A stretch of DNA of 64,000 nucleotides from Macrostomum lignano (Eukaryota): positions 1 through 64,000 of the forward strand of contig NIVC01000288.1 in the NCBI GenBank assembly GCA_002269645.1. The letters are read 5' to 3'. Positions within the stretch are counted from its first letter, which is position 1. Every line of letters begins with the position of its first letter. Below are positions 35,636 to 48,351 of this stretch, piece by piece. The notes beneath the pieces are model-generated. The model saw only the letters and a list, made by a program, of their open reading frames with translations, had not been told where the DNA came from and searched no databases. A program made the translations under genes and the position numbers.

Positions 35636-38600
35636 TCCATATACTAAAAATGGTCTGTCGGTATATGTGTGTGTGTGTGATCGATTTTAGCAAAAACGGC
35701 TCAACCGATTTTGTTCGAACTTGCACTGTTCAATCAGAAATTTTTCCGTGACGGTACATGCATCTTGGCTAAGAAATTGCTCAATATTAAAGGGATTAAA
35801 TATTCGAAAAACATGCTTTTTTGCAAAGGTCAAGCAGCTCTTTCGACTTGAAATGCATTGTAAGAATGCTAGCAGAAAAACTGACTGGTTGAATTCTGAT
35901 TCTAAAATAGATTGCATCACAATACACTTTATTTATCGTCTGTGTACTGGCTGAATTTGACACTCAATTGAATTGCGTCACAGCTTTGAGTGTGAAAGCA
36001 TAGCGCAGTACTGAATTTATATTACGTAACCATATTGTAAACTTTCATAGACACTGGTACTGACTTGCCTAAGAAATTGATTATGTCATAACTGCTTCGT
36101 GAGACTTTTTACTCTACCTGACTTGGTGTGAGTGTTGAATTATATAAGTGGTACAACATCACTGATAACTTCGATGAGAGCTAGCCTAGAGCTGAACAGA
36201 CCAGACTGCTAATGCAGCGACCTAGGTTCGAATCTAAGTAGTTTAAAAGTAGTAGTGTAAAATTTTTTATTAAAAGGTTTTATTAAAGGACTAAATAAAA
36301 ACACTTAGATTACTGCACTCGATAAGCCAAGGATTATTGCTATTAATAAACCAAGGACTACTGCACTCGATAAACCAAGGACTATTGCTCTTGGCAAACC
36401 AAGGATTACTGCACTCAAGAAGCCAAGGATTATTGCTATTAATAAACCAAGGATTACTGCACTTGGAAAACCAAGGATTACTGCACTCGATAAACCAAGG
36501 ACTATTGCTCTTGGCAAACCAAGGATTACTGCACTCAAGAAGCCAAGGATTATTGCACTTGGAAAACCAAGGATTACTGCACTCGATAAACCAAGGACTA
36601 TTGCACTTGATAAACCAAGGATTATTGCACTTGATAGGCTAAGGATTACTGCACTTGATAAACCAAGGATTATTGCACTTGATAGGCCAAAGATTACTGC
36701 GCTTGATAAACCAAGGATTATTGCACTTGATAAACCAAGGATTATTGCACTTGATAAGCCAAGGATTATTGCACTTGATAAACCAAGGATTATTGCACTT
36801 GATAAGCCAAGGATTACAGCGCTTGATAAGCCATGGATTATTGCACTTGATAGTAAAGAATGTTGCACTGGATTATTCAAGGATTATTGCTATTAATAAA
36901 CCAAGGACTACTGCACTCGATAAGCCAAGGATTATTGCTCTTAATAAACCAAGGATTACTGCACTTGGAAAACTAAGGATTACTGCACTCGATAAACCAA
37001 GGACTATTGCTCTTGGCAAACCAAGGATTACTGCACTTGGAAAACTAAGGATTACTGCACTTGATAAACCAAGGATTATTGCACTTGATAAACCAAGGAT
37101 TATTTCACTTGATAAACCAAGGATTATTGCACTTGATAAACAAATATTGCACTTGATAAACCAAGGATTATTGCACTTGATAAACCAAGGATTATTGCAC
37201 TTGATAAGCCAAGGATTACAGCGCTTGATAAGCCATGGATTATTGCACTTGATAGGCCAAGGATTACTGCACTTGATAAACCAAGGATTATTGCACTTGA
37301 TAGGCCAAGGATTACTGCACTTGATAAACCAAGGATTATTGCACTTGATAAACCAAGGATTATTGCACTTGATAAGCCATGGATTATTGCACTTGATAGT
37401 AAAGAATGTTGCACTTGATAAGCCAGAGATTAATGCACTGGATTATTCAAGGATTATTGCTATTAATAAACCAAGGACTACTGCACTCGATAAACCAAGG
37501 ATTATTGCTCTTAATAAACCAAGGATTATTGCACTTGGAAAACTAAGGATTACTGCACTCGATAAACCAAGGATTATTGCTCTTGGCAAACCAAGGATTA
37601 CTGCACTCGATAAGCCAAGGATTATTGCTCTTAATAAACCAAGGATTACTGCACTTGGAAAACCAAGGATTACTGCACTCGATAAACCAAGGATTATTGC
37701 TCTTGGCAAACCAAGGATTACTGCACTCGATAAGCCAAGGATTATTGCACTTGATAGGCCAAGGATTACTGCGCTTGATAAACCAAGGATTATTGCAGTT
37801 GATAAGCCAATGATTATTGCACTTGATAAACCAAGGATTATTGCACTTGATAAACCAAGGATTATTGCACTTGATAAACAAAGGATTATTTCACTTGATA
37901 AACCAAGGATTATTGCACTTGATAAACAAATATTGCACTTGATAAACCAAGGATTATTGCACTTGATAAGCCAAGGATTACTGCGCTAGATAAACCAAGG
38001 ATTATTGCACTTGATAAACCAAGGATTATTGCACTTAATAAACCAAGGATTATTGCACTTGATAAACAAAGGATTATTGCACTTGATAAACCAAGGATTA
38101 TTGCACTTGATAAAAAAAGGATTATTGCACTTGATAAACCAAGGATTATTGCACTTGATAAACCAAGGATTATTGCACTTGATTAATCAAGGATTATTGC
38201 TATTAATAAACCAAGGATTATTGCACTAGCTGAGAAGCTGATTACTGCGCTGTCTAAAAAAGAGATTATTGCGCTCGCTGAGACGTGGATTGTTGCACAA
38301 CCTGAGAAAGCGATTATTGCATTAGCGGAAGTAACATTTGCACTAGCTACTTGCTGTCTCGTGGATGCTTGCTCTCGAGGGGGGATACTTGCTATTTGGG
38401 AGAGGGGGTGCTGGCTACATGCATGGGATTCTTTCAATCCAGGGATGCTTGCTATTTAGGGATTCTTGCTATCTGCAGGATGCTTGCTATCTGCAGGATG
38501 CTTCTATAATATCTGGGGGGTGCTTGCTATCTGCAGAATGCTTGCTATCTGGGTGGATGCTTGCTATCTGGGTGGATGCTTGCTATCTGGGTGGATGCTT

Positions 38601-39007
38601 GCTATCTGGGTGGATGCTTGCTATCTGGGTGGATGCTTCTATAATATCTGGGGGGGTGCTTGCTAATCTGCAGATGCTTGCTATCTGTGGTGATTCTTGC
38701 TATGAGCATTAGAGGATGCTTGCTATCTGCGATTGTTCACTTTTGGAGGGGGTTGCTTGCTGTCTTGGGAATATTTTCTATTTAGGGAAACGATATTTTG
38801 TTGACTGTTTGTTAATTTTAGAGAAAAAGTGATTTTTTAATTTTGCAAACATCTTAGTCCGTGACAATTTTACACGAATAAGGTGATTTTTAAAATGTGA
38901 AGAAGGAATTAGTGTTTAAGAAAATGTGTTTTTTTATTGTTTTCCATGAACTATTTTTGCTCCTTTCTTATTGGGCGCCCCGAAGGGGGGCCGCACTAGA
39001 TTGCTAG
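35636..39007 (+). mobile_element. Non-autonomous Helitron B carrying a 24-bp satellite, joined head-to-tail to Helitron A
   Basis: Junction ttgCTAG|TCcatatactaaaaatgg. About 600 bp of 5' backbone is homologous to A. 3' hairpin gcgccccgaaggggggccgc, then actagattgCTAG|t. Confidence 0.85.
36305..38230. repeat. Satellite, 24-bp unit ataaaccaaggattattgcacttg, about 80 units
   Basis: Continuous tandem array with duplicated variant blocks (e.g. tagtaaagaatgttgcact at 36851 and 37397). Confidence 0.97.
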
Positions 39008-39539
39008 TCTCTAGCTAAGAGTTTAAACTAACAAAGCATTTAGGATTCGCACATACGCCTTGAACTGGCCATAATCCATATTTTGAGTCTGAGAACAGGG
39101 GCCTAAAACTAACTACTCAACCGCTAGATTCGTTCGCTTTCAAAATAATTAATCCCAATTTTGCATATTAGAATTTTATTGCGAGTGCAGGCTCGAATTT
39201 ACGATGCTATCTTTCTGTTTCGAAGCAGCCTTCCTCTTCTCTAAGCCGAAGGGTTTGTTGGAGCCGGAAACGAATCAAGTGTTAATTCGTCTTGAGGGAA
39301 CTGCCTTGCCGCCCCCCTCCCCCAACTGCACGAAAGCATTAATCCTGTGTCAGCCAAAGTTTTATTGCTTTTGCCGCCAACCCGTCACCCTCAGCAATGT
39401 GCCCGGCTGACTCAGTGCTGCACCATGAAGTTTAACACGAGACTAATTGATAAAGGACCTCAGCTTTTATTATGCTCGTAATAAAACTTTCTTTAGATGC
39501 TTTGGGTCGCAGATAAGAGTCATAGGGTCATACACAGTA

Positions 39540-41275
39540 TGACACAGTCAGACTGGTGTCACTGTGTCAGACTGGTGTCACTGTGTCATACTGGTGTCAC
39601 TCAGACTGGTGTCACTGTGTCATACTGGTGTCACTGTGTCAGACTGGTGTCACTGTGTCAGACTGGTGTCACTGTGTCATACTGGTGTCACTCAGACTGG
39701 TGTCACTGTGTCATACTGGTGTCACTGTGTCAGACTGGTGTCACTGTGTCAGACTGTATGGTGTCACTGTGTCAGACTGATGTCACTGTGTCATACTGGT
39801 GTCACTGTGTCAGACTGGTGTCACTGTGTCAGACCCTATGGTGTCACTGTGTCATACTGGTGTCACTGTGTCAGACTGTATGGTGTCACTGTGTCAGACT
39901 GGTGTCACTGTGTCAGACTGTATGTTGTCACTGTGTCAGACTGGTGTCACTGTGTCAGACTGTATGGTGTCACTGTGTCAGACTGGTGTCACTGTGTCAG
40001 ACTGGTGTCACTGTGTCAGACTGGTGTCACTGTGTCATACTGGTGTGACTGTGTCAGACTGGTGTCACTGTGTCAGACTGGTGTCACTGTGTCAGACTGG
40101 TGTCACTGTGTCAGACTGGTGTCACTGTGTCAGACTGGTGTCACTGTGTCATACTGGTGTCACTGTGTCAGACTGGTGTCACTGTGTCAGACTGGTGTCA
40201 CTGTGTCAGACTGGTGTCACTGTGTCAGACTGGTGTCACTGTGTCATACTGGTGTCACTGTGTCAGATTGGTGTCACTGTGTCGGACTGGTGTCACTGTG
40301 TCAGACTGGTGTCACTGTGTCAGACTGGTGTCACTGTGTCAGACTGTATGGTGTCACTGTGTCAGACTGGTGTCACTGTGTCAGACTGGTGTCACTGTGT
40401 CAGACTGGTGTCACTGTGTCATACTGGTGTCACTGTGTCAGACTGGTGTCACTGTGTCATACTGGTGTCACTGTGTCAGATTGGTGTCACTGTGTCAGTC
40501 TGGTGTCACTGTGTCAGTCTGGTGTCACTGTGTCATACTGGTGTCACTGTGTCAGACTGGTGTCACTGTGTCAGACTGGTGTCACTGTGTCATACTGGTG
40601 TCACTCAGACTGGTGTCACTGTGTCATACTGGTGTCACTGTGTCAGACTGGTGTCACTGTGTCAGACTGGTGTCACTGTGTCATACTGGTGTGACTGTGT
40701 CAGACTGGTGTCACTGTGTCAGACTGGTGTCACTGTGTCAGACTGGTGTCACTGTGTCAGACTGGTGTCACTGTGTCAGACTGGTGTCACTGTGTCAGAT
40801 TGGTGTCACTGTGTCAGTCTGGTGTCACTGTGTCAGTCTGGTGTCACTGTGTCATACTGGTGTCACTGTGTCAGACTGGTGTCACTGTGTCAGACTGTAT
40901 GGTGTCACTGTGTCAGACTGGTGTCACTGTGTCATATTGGTGTCACTGTGTCAGACTGTATGGTGTCACTGTGTCAGTCAGGTGTCACTGTGTCAGTCTG
41001 GTGTCACTGTGTCAGATTGGTGTCACTGTGTCAGACTGGTGTCACTGTGTCAGACTGTATGGTGTCACTGTGTCAGACTGGTGTCACTGTGTCAGACTGT
41101 ATGGTGTCACTGTGTCAGATTGGTGTCACTGTGTCAGACTGTATGGTGTCACTGTGTCAGATTGGTGTCACTTTGTCAGTCTGGTGTCACTGTGTCAGAT
41201 TGGTGTCACTGTGTCAGACTGGTGTCACTGTGTCATACTGGTGTCACTGTGTCAGACTGGTGTCACTGTGTCAGA
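39540..41275. repeat. Satellite, 19-bp unit actggtgtcactgtgtcag, about 90 units
   Basis: Continuous tandem array with occasional 22-bp variants (ctgtatggtgtc). Confidence 0.97.
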
Positions 41276-41289
41276 ACCTACTGTGTTTC

Positions 41290-41867
41290 TGTGTCAGACA
41301 CTGATATCAATGTGTCAGACACTGTCGCAAATTTGTCAGATGCTATATATAGTGTCGGTGTGTCAGACACTGTCGCAAATGTGTCAGACACTGTCGCAAA
41401 TTTGTCAGATGCTATATATAGTGTCGGTGTGTCAGACACTGTCGCAAATGTGTCAGACACTGTCGCAAATGTGTCAGACACTGTCGCAAATGTGTCAGAC
41501 ACTGTCGCAAATGTGTCAGACACTGTCGCAAATGTGTCAGACACTGTCGCAAATGTGTCAGACACTGTCGCAAATGTGTCAGACACTGTCGCAAATGTGT
41601 CAGACACTGTCGCAAATGTGTCAGACACTGTCGCAAATGTGTCAGACACTGTCGCAAATGTGTCAGACACTATAGTGTCGGTGTGTCAGACACTATAGTG
41701 TCGGTGTGTCAGACACTATAGTGTCGGTGTGTCAGACACTATAGTGTCGGTGTGTCAGACACTGTCGCAAATGTGTCAGACACTGTCGCAAATGTGTCAG
41801 ACACTGTCGCAAATGTGTCAGACACTATAGTGTCGGTGTGTCAGACACTGTCGCAAATGTGTCAGAC
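41290..41867. repeat. Satellite, 21-bp unit gtgtcagacactgtcgcaaat (variant gtgtcagacactatagtgtcggt)
   Basis: Homogeneous tandem array abutting the 19-bp array. Confidence 0.97.
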
Positions 41868-42539
41868 GCTTTCTGCATGGTTCCAGCTCATAAAGCATTG
41901 TACACTGCGCCACGAATTCACTAACCATTTTCAACCGTCGCAAAAGCCACTTAATTGTTCAGAACACGTGATCAGACAAGCCACTCTAAAATGGCCTGAA
42001 TTTACGCAAAGTTGGTGCCCCCCTCCCTATTAATGTCTGAGCAAATGGTTCGCGCCGTCTGGAAAGCCAGGCCTCTCCTTTACTTAATTTACGACATCGC
42101 TAGGGCCTTATCCTGGAGAAATTCCCGGGGAATTTAGACCTGTTTAGATGAGACATCCCATTGCCAAATTAAGTTTATATATGCTTGCCAGTGACTCACT
42201 CACTTCTCCGTAAAGTTCAGCTCTTGGCAAAAAATGGAAACGTTTTAAAAACAAAGAGACATGTGACTGAAGAGACTGGTGTTGGTGTGGGCATTGAAGC
42301 TTATCCATCAATCCATCCGTCACTCTCTCACTCAGCCGGGATTAATTTTGACAGACAATGAGCGGCAAGCCATCTTGATTGGTTTGGTTGGCTGGCTTAC
42401 CTTAATAAATTTCACCTACCGATAGTTAAAATTAAAATGGATGACCAAACTGAATGGCAATCTTGTTTTTTCGCTCTCTGTTTAGTGAGATTTGATCCAC
42501 CCCCTCTGAGATTACGCTCACTTCAGATTGGCTCAATCT

Positions 42540-42800
42540 GCGATTTGACTCTCAGATTCCTTTGAGATTGAGATTTGACTCCCTTGAGGTTTGACTCCCA
42601 TGAGATTTGACTCCCATGAGATTTGACTCCCCTGAGATTTGACCCCCTTAGCTTTGACCCCCTGAGATTTAACACTCTGAGCCTGAGGCCTTAACATTGG
42701 ACTCCCCTGAGGCAGTGAGATTTGACTCCCCTGAGGCACTGAGATTTGATTGACTTCCCCTGAGATTTGATTCCATTGAGGTTTGACTTCTGTGATTTGA
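42540..42800. repeat. Degenerate minisatellite, unit about 16 bp (gagatttgactcccct)
   Basis: Repeated tgagatttgactccc motif. Confidence 0.85.
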
Positions 42801-43427
42801 CTTTGCAATAGTATGGGCTGGCTTCAAGTTTGAAGCAACCCCTGGCTTTCTATTATCATGTATTTATAAATAGTTAGTGCACTTGGCTGACTGTACTAAA
42901 TAATTTTCTAGGTTATTTACGATGTAGGCGCTTAATTAATATACTAACACTAAACTGTATTAATCTGTTTATCAACTTGCATTACTATCTTAATACTAAA
43001 TATACAATAAAAGTCAGTTAGTTAGTAATGCAAGTTAGATCTTTAGAAACTCGAAGTTTTTAGTTTAAGAAAAGGCCCATGCTCAGCTCCTGACTGCCTT
43101 TCTGTCCCTCAACACCCACCCCTTCCCAGCTCTCTCATTGGCTGACTGCCCCATCGCCATGTGGGCTAAGGCCTTTGGGGGTTGGGGCTGTTCTATATGT
43201 TCGGCCTGTTATACGGCAGCTGGAGGTCCGGAGGGAGACACGGAGAAGCAGCATAAGCTCTACTAATTGAAGCAGAGGAGGACCAGCAGGTCCCCCTACT
43301 TTTGTTATTGAATTCTATTCGTAGACTTCAATTCCAACATTCCAGAGACAGGCGCTTCCATCTATCTAGACCTATAGATCTATATCCTAGACCTAGTATC
43401 TATCAATTTCGAAAATTGAATCGGATA

Positions 43428-43646
43428 ATGAAGAGAAGTCGCGTTCCCGTGGCTGCTGACCGATCAAAGATACCGCTGCCGCCGACGCCGCTTCAGCAGC
43501 AGCAGCCGCCGCCACCGCAGGCACCTCGACAGCCGCCTCAGCAGCAGCAGCAGCGCTGCGAGTCCTGTCGGCTCAGCCTGCTGGAGCTTCATCGACAGGC
43601 GTTGCAGTTGAGTCTGTCGGCTTCGAATAAACGCGACCTCCTGCTG
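43428..43646 (+). CDS. KIF26: KIF26/vab-8-like kinesin, first identified coding exon
   Basis: ATG at 43428. Pro/Gln-rich stretch, then CESCRLSLLELHRQAL, which resembles the KIF26 N-terminal motif CENCxxxLVELKRQAL (recalled). Donor ctg|gtaaga, phase 0. Confidence 0.75.
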
Positions 43647-44320
43647 GTAAGAGATTATTTTTGTTCGAATGCTTACCGTAGACTTTTGCGCCCGAATGAA
43701 AACGTTTACCGTCTTTCTTGTGCTCAACCCTACTCACCGTTTGGGCTGCGGAGCTGAGGGAGCGAGAGCGGGAGGGAAAAACTGGCCCCAAGACCCCAAT
43801 CTGCCTCCCGCTCAGTCTCGGTACTCTCGGCCCTCTTTATGAATAATTTGGCTGCTAAATTCGTTATTATATAGAGCCCAAAAAAGCCGGAGCAGCCAAA
43901 CCTCCTAGAAGTGGGAGAGAAGTCTGATTTGAACCCTGAAGACTTATGCTTTTGCGACCACGGGTAGCTGGTGTACCGGCTTGTGCACCTGAGATTCGGT
44001 GGTGCCGGTGTCCCCATCCAGAAAATGGAGGCGGATGGTCGTTCGCTCGGTGTTAGCCCTTAGTTATCACCACGTTTCCATGAATAAAACCTGTATATGG
44101 CGCTTAATTGGTGCTAAAACAATTCAATGGGCCCTTACCGGTCTTATAGTAAAAGTCAAAGAATCTGTTATTCTGTGCCTACAAAAATTTCATTCTAATC
44201 CGTGGTAGTAATATCGTTTTCTACATTAATTCAATATGGAAATAATAGAAGCCCCATATCGAAGTGGACAAGTCAGTCACTCTAAAGCTTTTGTCCTGAC
44301 TTCTGTATTGTTTGGCCGAA

Positions 44321-46402
44321 CAGGTCGGCAAATCGAGGCTCGCAAAAGCTGTCTATCCGGCCCTCGGGTCGTTTGAACTTCACAATAGCAATCCGGCCCG
44401 CTCAGGGTTTGTGTCTCTTCTCAGCTCCCCTCTCTCTAATCTCCTCTCCTCTTCTCTCCTCTCCTCTCCTCTCCTCTCCTCTCCTCTCCTCTCCTCTCCT
44501 CTCCTCTCCTCTTCTCTCCTCTCCTCTCCTCTCCTCTCCTCTTCTCTCCTCTCCTCTCCTCTCCTCTCCTCTCCTCTTCTCTCCTCTCCTCTCCTCTCCT
44601 CTCCTCTCCTCTTCTCTTCTCTCCTCTCCTCTCCTCTCCTCTCCTCTCCTCTCCTCTCCTCTCCTCTCCTCTCCTCTCCTCTCCTCTCCTCTCCTCTCCT
44701 CTCTCTCTCCTCTCTCTCCTCTCCTCTCCTCTCCTCTCCTCTCCTCTCCTCTCCTCTCCTCTCCTCTCCTCTCCTCTCCTCTCCTCTCCTCTCTCCTCTC
44801 CTCTCCTCTCCTCTCCCTCTCCTCTCCTCTCCTCTCCTCTCCTCTCCTCTCCTCTCTCTCTCCTCTCCTCTCCTCTCCTCTCTCTCCTCTCTCTCCTCTC
44901 CTCTCCTCTCCTCTCTCTCCTCTCTCTCCTCTCCTCTCCTCTCCTCTTCTCTCCTCTCCTCTCTCTCCTCTCTCTCCTCTCCTCTCCCTCTCCTCTCCTC
45001 TCCTCTCCTCTCCTCTCTCCTCTTCTCTCTCTCTCTCTCCTCTCCTCTCCTCTTCTCTCCTCTTCTCTCCCTTTTCCTCTTCTCTCCTCTCCTCTCCTCT
45101 CCTCTCCTCTTCTCTCCTCTTCTCTCTTCTCCTCTCCTCTCCTCTCCTCTCCTCTCCTCTCCTTTCCTCTTCTCTCCTCTCCTCTCCTCTCCTCTCCTCT
45201 CCTCTTCTCTCCTCTTCTCTCCCTTTTCCTCTTCTCTCCTCTCCTCTCCTCTCCTCTCCTCTCCTCTCCTCTCCTCTCCTCTCCTCTCCTCTCCTCTCCT
45301 CTTCTCTCCTCTTCTCTCCTCTCCTCTCCTCTCCTCTTCTCTCCCTCTCCTCTCCTCTCCTCTTCTCTCCTCTTCTCTCTTCTCCTCTCCTCTCCTCTCC
45401 TCTCCTCTCCTCTCCTTTCCTCTTCTCTCCTCTCCTCTCCTCTCCTCTCCTCTTCTCTCCTCTTCTCTCTTCTCCTCTCCTCTCCTCTCCTCTCCTCTCC
45501 TCTCCTCTCCTCTCCTCTTCTCTCCTCTTCTCTCCTCTCCTCTCCTCTCCTCTTCTCTCCTCTCCTCTCCTTTCCTCTTCTCTCCTCTCCTCTCCTCTCC
45601 TCTCCTCTCCTCTCCTCTCCTCTCCTCTCCTCTCCTTTCCTCTTCTCTCCTCTCCTCTCCTCTCCTTTCCTCTTCTCTCTCTCTCCTCTCCTCTCCTCTC
45701 CTCTTCTCTCCTCTTCTCTCTTCTCCTCTCCTCTCCTCTCCTCTCCTCTCCTCTCTCTCTCCTCTTCTCTCCTCTCTCTCCTCCTCTCCTCTCCTCTCCT
45801 CTCCTCTCCTCTCTCTCTCCTCCTCTTCTCTCCTCTCCTCTCCTCTCCTCTCCTCTCTCTCTCCTCTCCTCTCCTCTCCTCTCCTTTCCTCTTCTCTCCT
45901 CTCCTCTCCTCTCCTCTCCTCTCCTCTTCTCTCCTCTCTCTCCTCTCCTCTCCTTTCCTCTTCTCTCCTCTCCTCTCCTCTCCTCTCCTCTTCTCTCCTC
46001 TTCTCTCTCTCCTCTCCTCTCCTCTCCTCTCCTCTCCTCTCCTCTCCTCTTCTCTCCTCTTCTCTCTTCTCCTCTCCTCTCCTCTCCTCTCCTCTCCTCT
46101 CCTCTCCTCTTCTCTCCTCTTCTCTCTCCTCTCCTCTCCTCTCCTCTCCTCTCCTCTCCTCTCCTCTCCTCTCCTCTCCTCTCCTCTCCTTTCCTCTCTC
46201 TCCTCTCCTCTCCTCTCCTCTCCTCTCCTCTCTCTCCTCTCCTCTCCTCTCCTCTCCTCTCCTCTCCTCTCCTCTCCTCTCCTCTCCTCTCCTCTCCTCT
46301 TCTCTCCTCTTCTCTCCTCTTCTCTCCCTTTTCCTCTTCTCTCCTCTCCTCTCCTCTCCTCTGCTCTTCTCTCCTCTCCTCTCCTCTCCTCTCCTCTTCT
46401 CT
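44321..46402 (+). mobile_element. hAT-type MITE left part with a (CTCCT)n tract of about 1.95 kb
   Basis: caggtcggcaaat left end and family body, followed by the microsatellite at about 44440-46402. The family right end is not seen. Confidence 0.75.
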
Positions 46403-47179
46403 CCCGGCCGCGCATTCCCGGAATCAAAGCAGGGGGTTACGGCGCGAGAGTCGTGAGCAGAGCGTTTGCCACTGAGCTGCTCAAAAAAAACAAGGGCGTC
46501 CCTGGTCTAAAAAAACAGCCAACAATGATTTAACGAATTCTAGTCTTTGTTCTCGAACAGATGGTTATAATATAGGATTTACTAGGCCAATTTAATGAAC
46601 GGGAGTGTTTCGCATTTTTAGTAGATACAATGATTCTATTTGCGACCTATCATATCTAGAGCCGATGGTTAATGAAACAAAGAGTCAAATTGAAATTGAC
46701 TGAAGCGTGCATCAGCACTTGAAACAGGTTCCCCGTAGGGATTTGAGAATGAGCTATAGATAGAAAAAAAAGCATTCCCTATCCAACGAAACTATGAGCG
46801 TCGAAGCGAGAACGTGAGACTCAAGTCATGCGGGTTCTGTCAGCGACTCTTTGTTCCATTCTATGGCTTGATAGCGACTTAAAGTGTATGGTTTATTTTA
46901 ATTTATAATATAGCAATTTTTCTGTTACTGATACACTGATCCGCACGGCTCTGCGTCGAATTCAACCATAAGGAAAAGGATTCAGGTCAGTGACTCATGC
47001 GAAGCTTGCAGCCAAGATATAAAGCTGCTCTGTTTGCTTTATATCTATATATATATACGTTATACGAGCCTCTATATATATCCGTCTCACCGTTCTGCAA
47101 GCCTGACATCTCAGTCAGATTAGATGCAGTTTTGAAACGCTTGCTACGATCCTGACCTTGTCAGTTGTCCTGACGTACG

Positions 47180-47465
47180 AATAGAAGAGGGGATAGGGAG
47201 GGGAGAGGAGAGGAGAGAGAAGGCGAGAGTAGAGGTGAGAGAAGAGGACAGGAACGGAGAGGAAAGAGAGGAGATGTGAGAATATAGTTGAGTGTAGAGG
47301 AGTGGAAAGGAAAGGAAAGGACAGAAGAGAGAAGGTAGGTGAGAGTAGAGGTGGGAGAAGAGGATAGAGGTGAGATGAGATGAGAGAGAATGTAGGATAG
47401 AGTAGAGGTGAGAAAGGAGAGAGGAGACGAAAGTAAAGGAAAGGAGAGAAGAGAGGAGAATAGAG
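47180..47465. repeat. Degenerate purine-rich (GAGAG-like) low-complexity tract
   Basis: Almost exclusively A/G on the + strand. May be a reversed member of the microsatellite-MITE family. Confidence 0.75.
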
Positions 47466-48351
47466 AAATTTTATATTTTTGCGTCTCCAATGGGCAGGTG
47501 CGAATCAAAAAGCTTGTTTTTAGTTTTTTCCAAGTCTAATTAAAATAGTTAACATATTTTTTCATTACAGAACAAACTATAATCAAGTGGCTAATTTTGT
47601 GGTAATAATCATTAGCGAACAGGAAATAATGCCAATTTCATACTTATCAGACAGGAAATGACTTGGGGATGAGGGGAGGGGGGTGCAAGAATTGAAAACG
47701 ATGGAATTAGTAAGACAGTTGTCCTCTTTCTGGTTTTGTACAACTCTCTAAGGACAGTCAAAACACACCCGGTACCCGCCTGTCTGTTTTCCTGTCTGCG
47801 GCTTCACGGGACTTGTGGAATAAGAATAGCGTATTTAGGAAAGAGGGGCAAAGGTAAGGAGTGGCAGGAAAATTTCGTTTTAAGTGCCATACTCGCTGTT
47901 TCGCGAGTAACGACGAACATTCATTGCATTTCCGTAATTTGTGGTAAGTGACTGATTGCGGGTCTTTGTTCCTTGTCCCTTCCATTCCGCGCCATTTCCC
48001 AGCCTGTGGGGAGGCATTAAAATTAAAAGCATATCTCTGAGACCCAGGGGCCCTGCACAGTCTGTGTTTACAAGCTCAGATTCAGAAATGATTTTTTTCA
48101 CCCTTGTTCTCTTGGGTAGGGGAAGAACTTTAGCAATCCCCCCCCAAACTGGTCTTGATTGACAAGTCTGTGTTTGCCCCTCTGCGGCCTGTCAATATAA
48201 TTATTCCAAGTCGTATTTTTTTTAGGCAGAATTGCTCATTTCTCTGGTCTGTTTCGAATGCTCCACTGCTTGTTGAGTTCATTCAGTGCTAAAGATTGCT
48301 TCCTTGCTGCTGTCAGAGAAGTTGCGATTTTTTCGTCCTGGGCAGACAGCG

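Noticed and set aside
31070-38230. Possible CRISPR-like arrays
   Set aside because: Units are directly tandem with no unique spacers, there are no cas genes, and the context is eukaryotic.
39497-41698. Cys/His-rich 300-540-aa ORFs suggesting metallothionein or zinc-finger proteins
   Set aside because: Periodic read-through of the 19-bp and 21-bp satellites. All three frames give the same rotating peptide.
44312-46475. 700-aa (SSPLL)n and (ERRGE)n ORFs, also at 54005-55375
   Set aside because: (CTCCT)n microsatellite inside a MITE.
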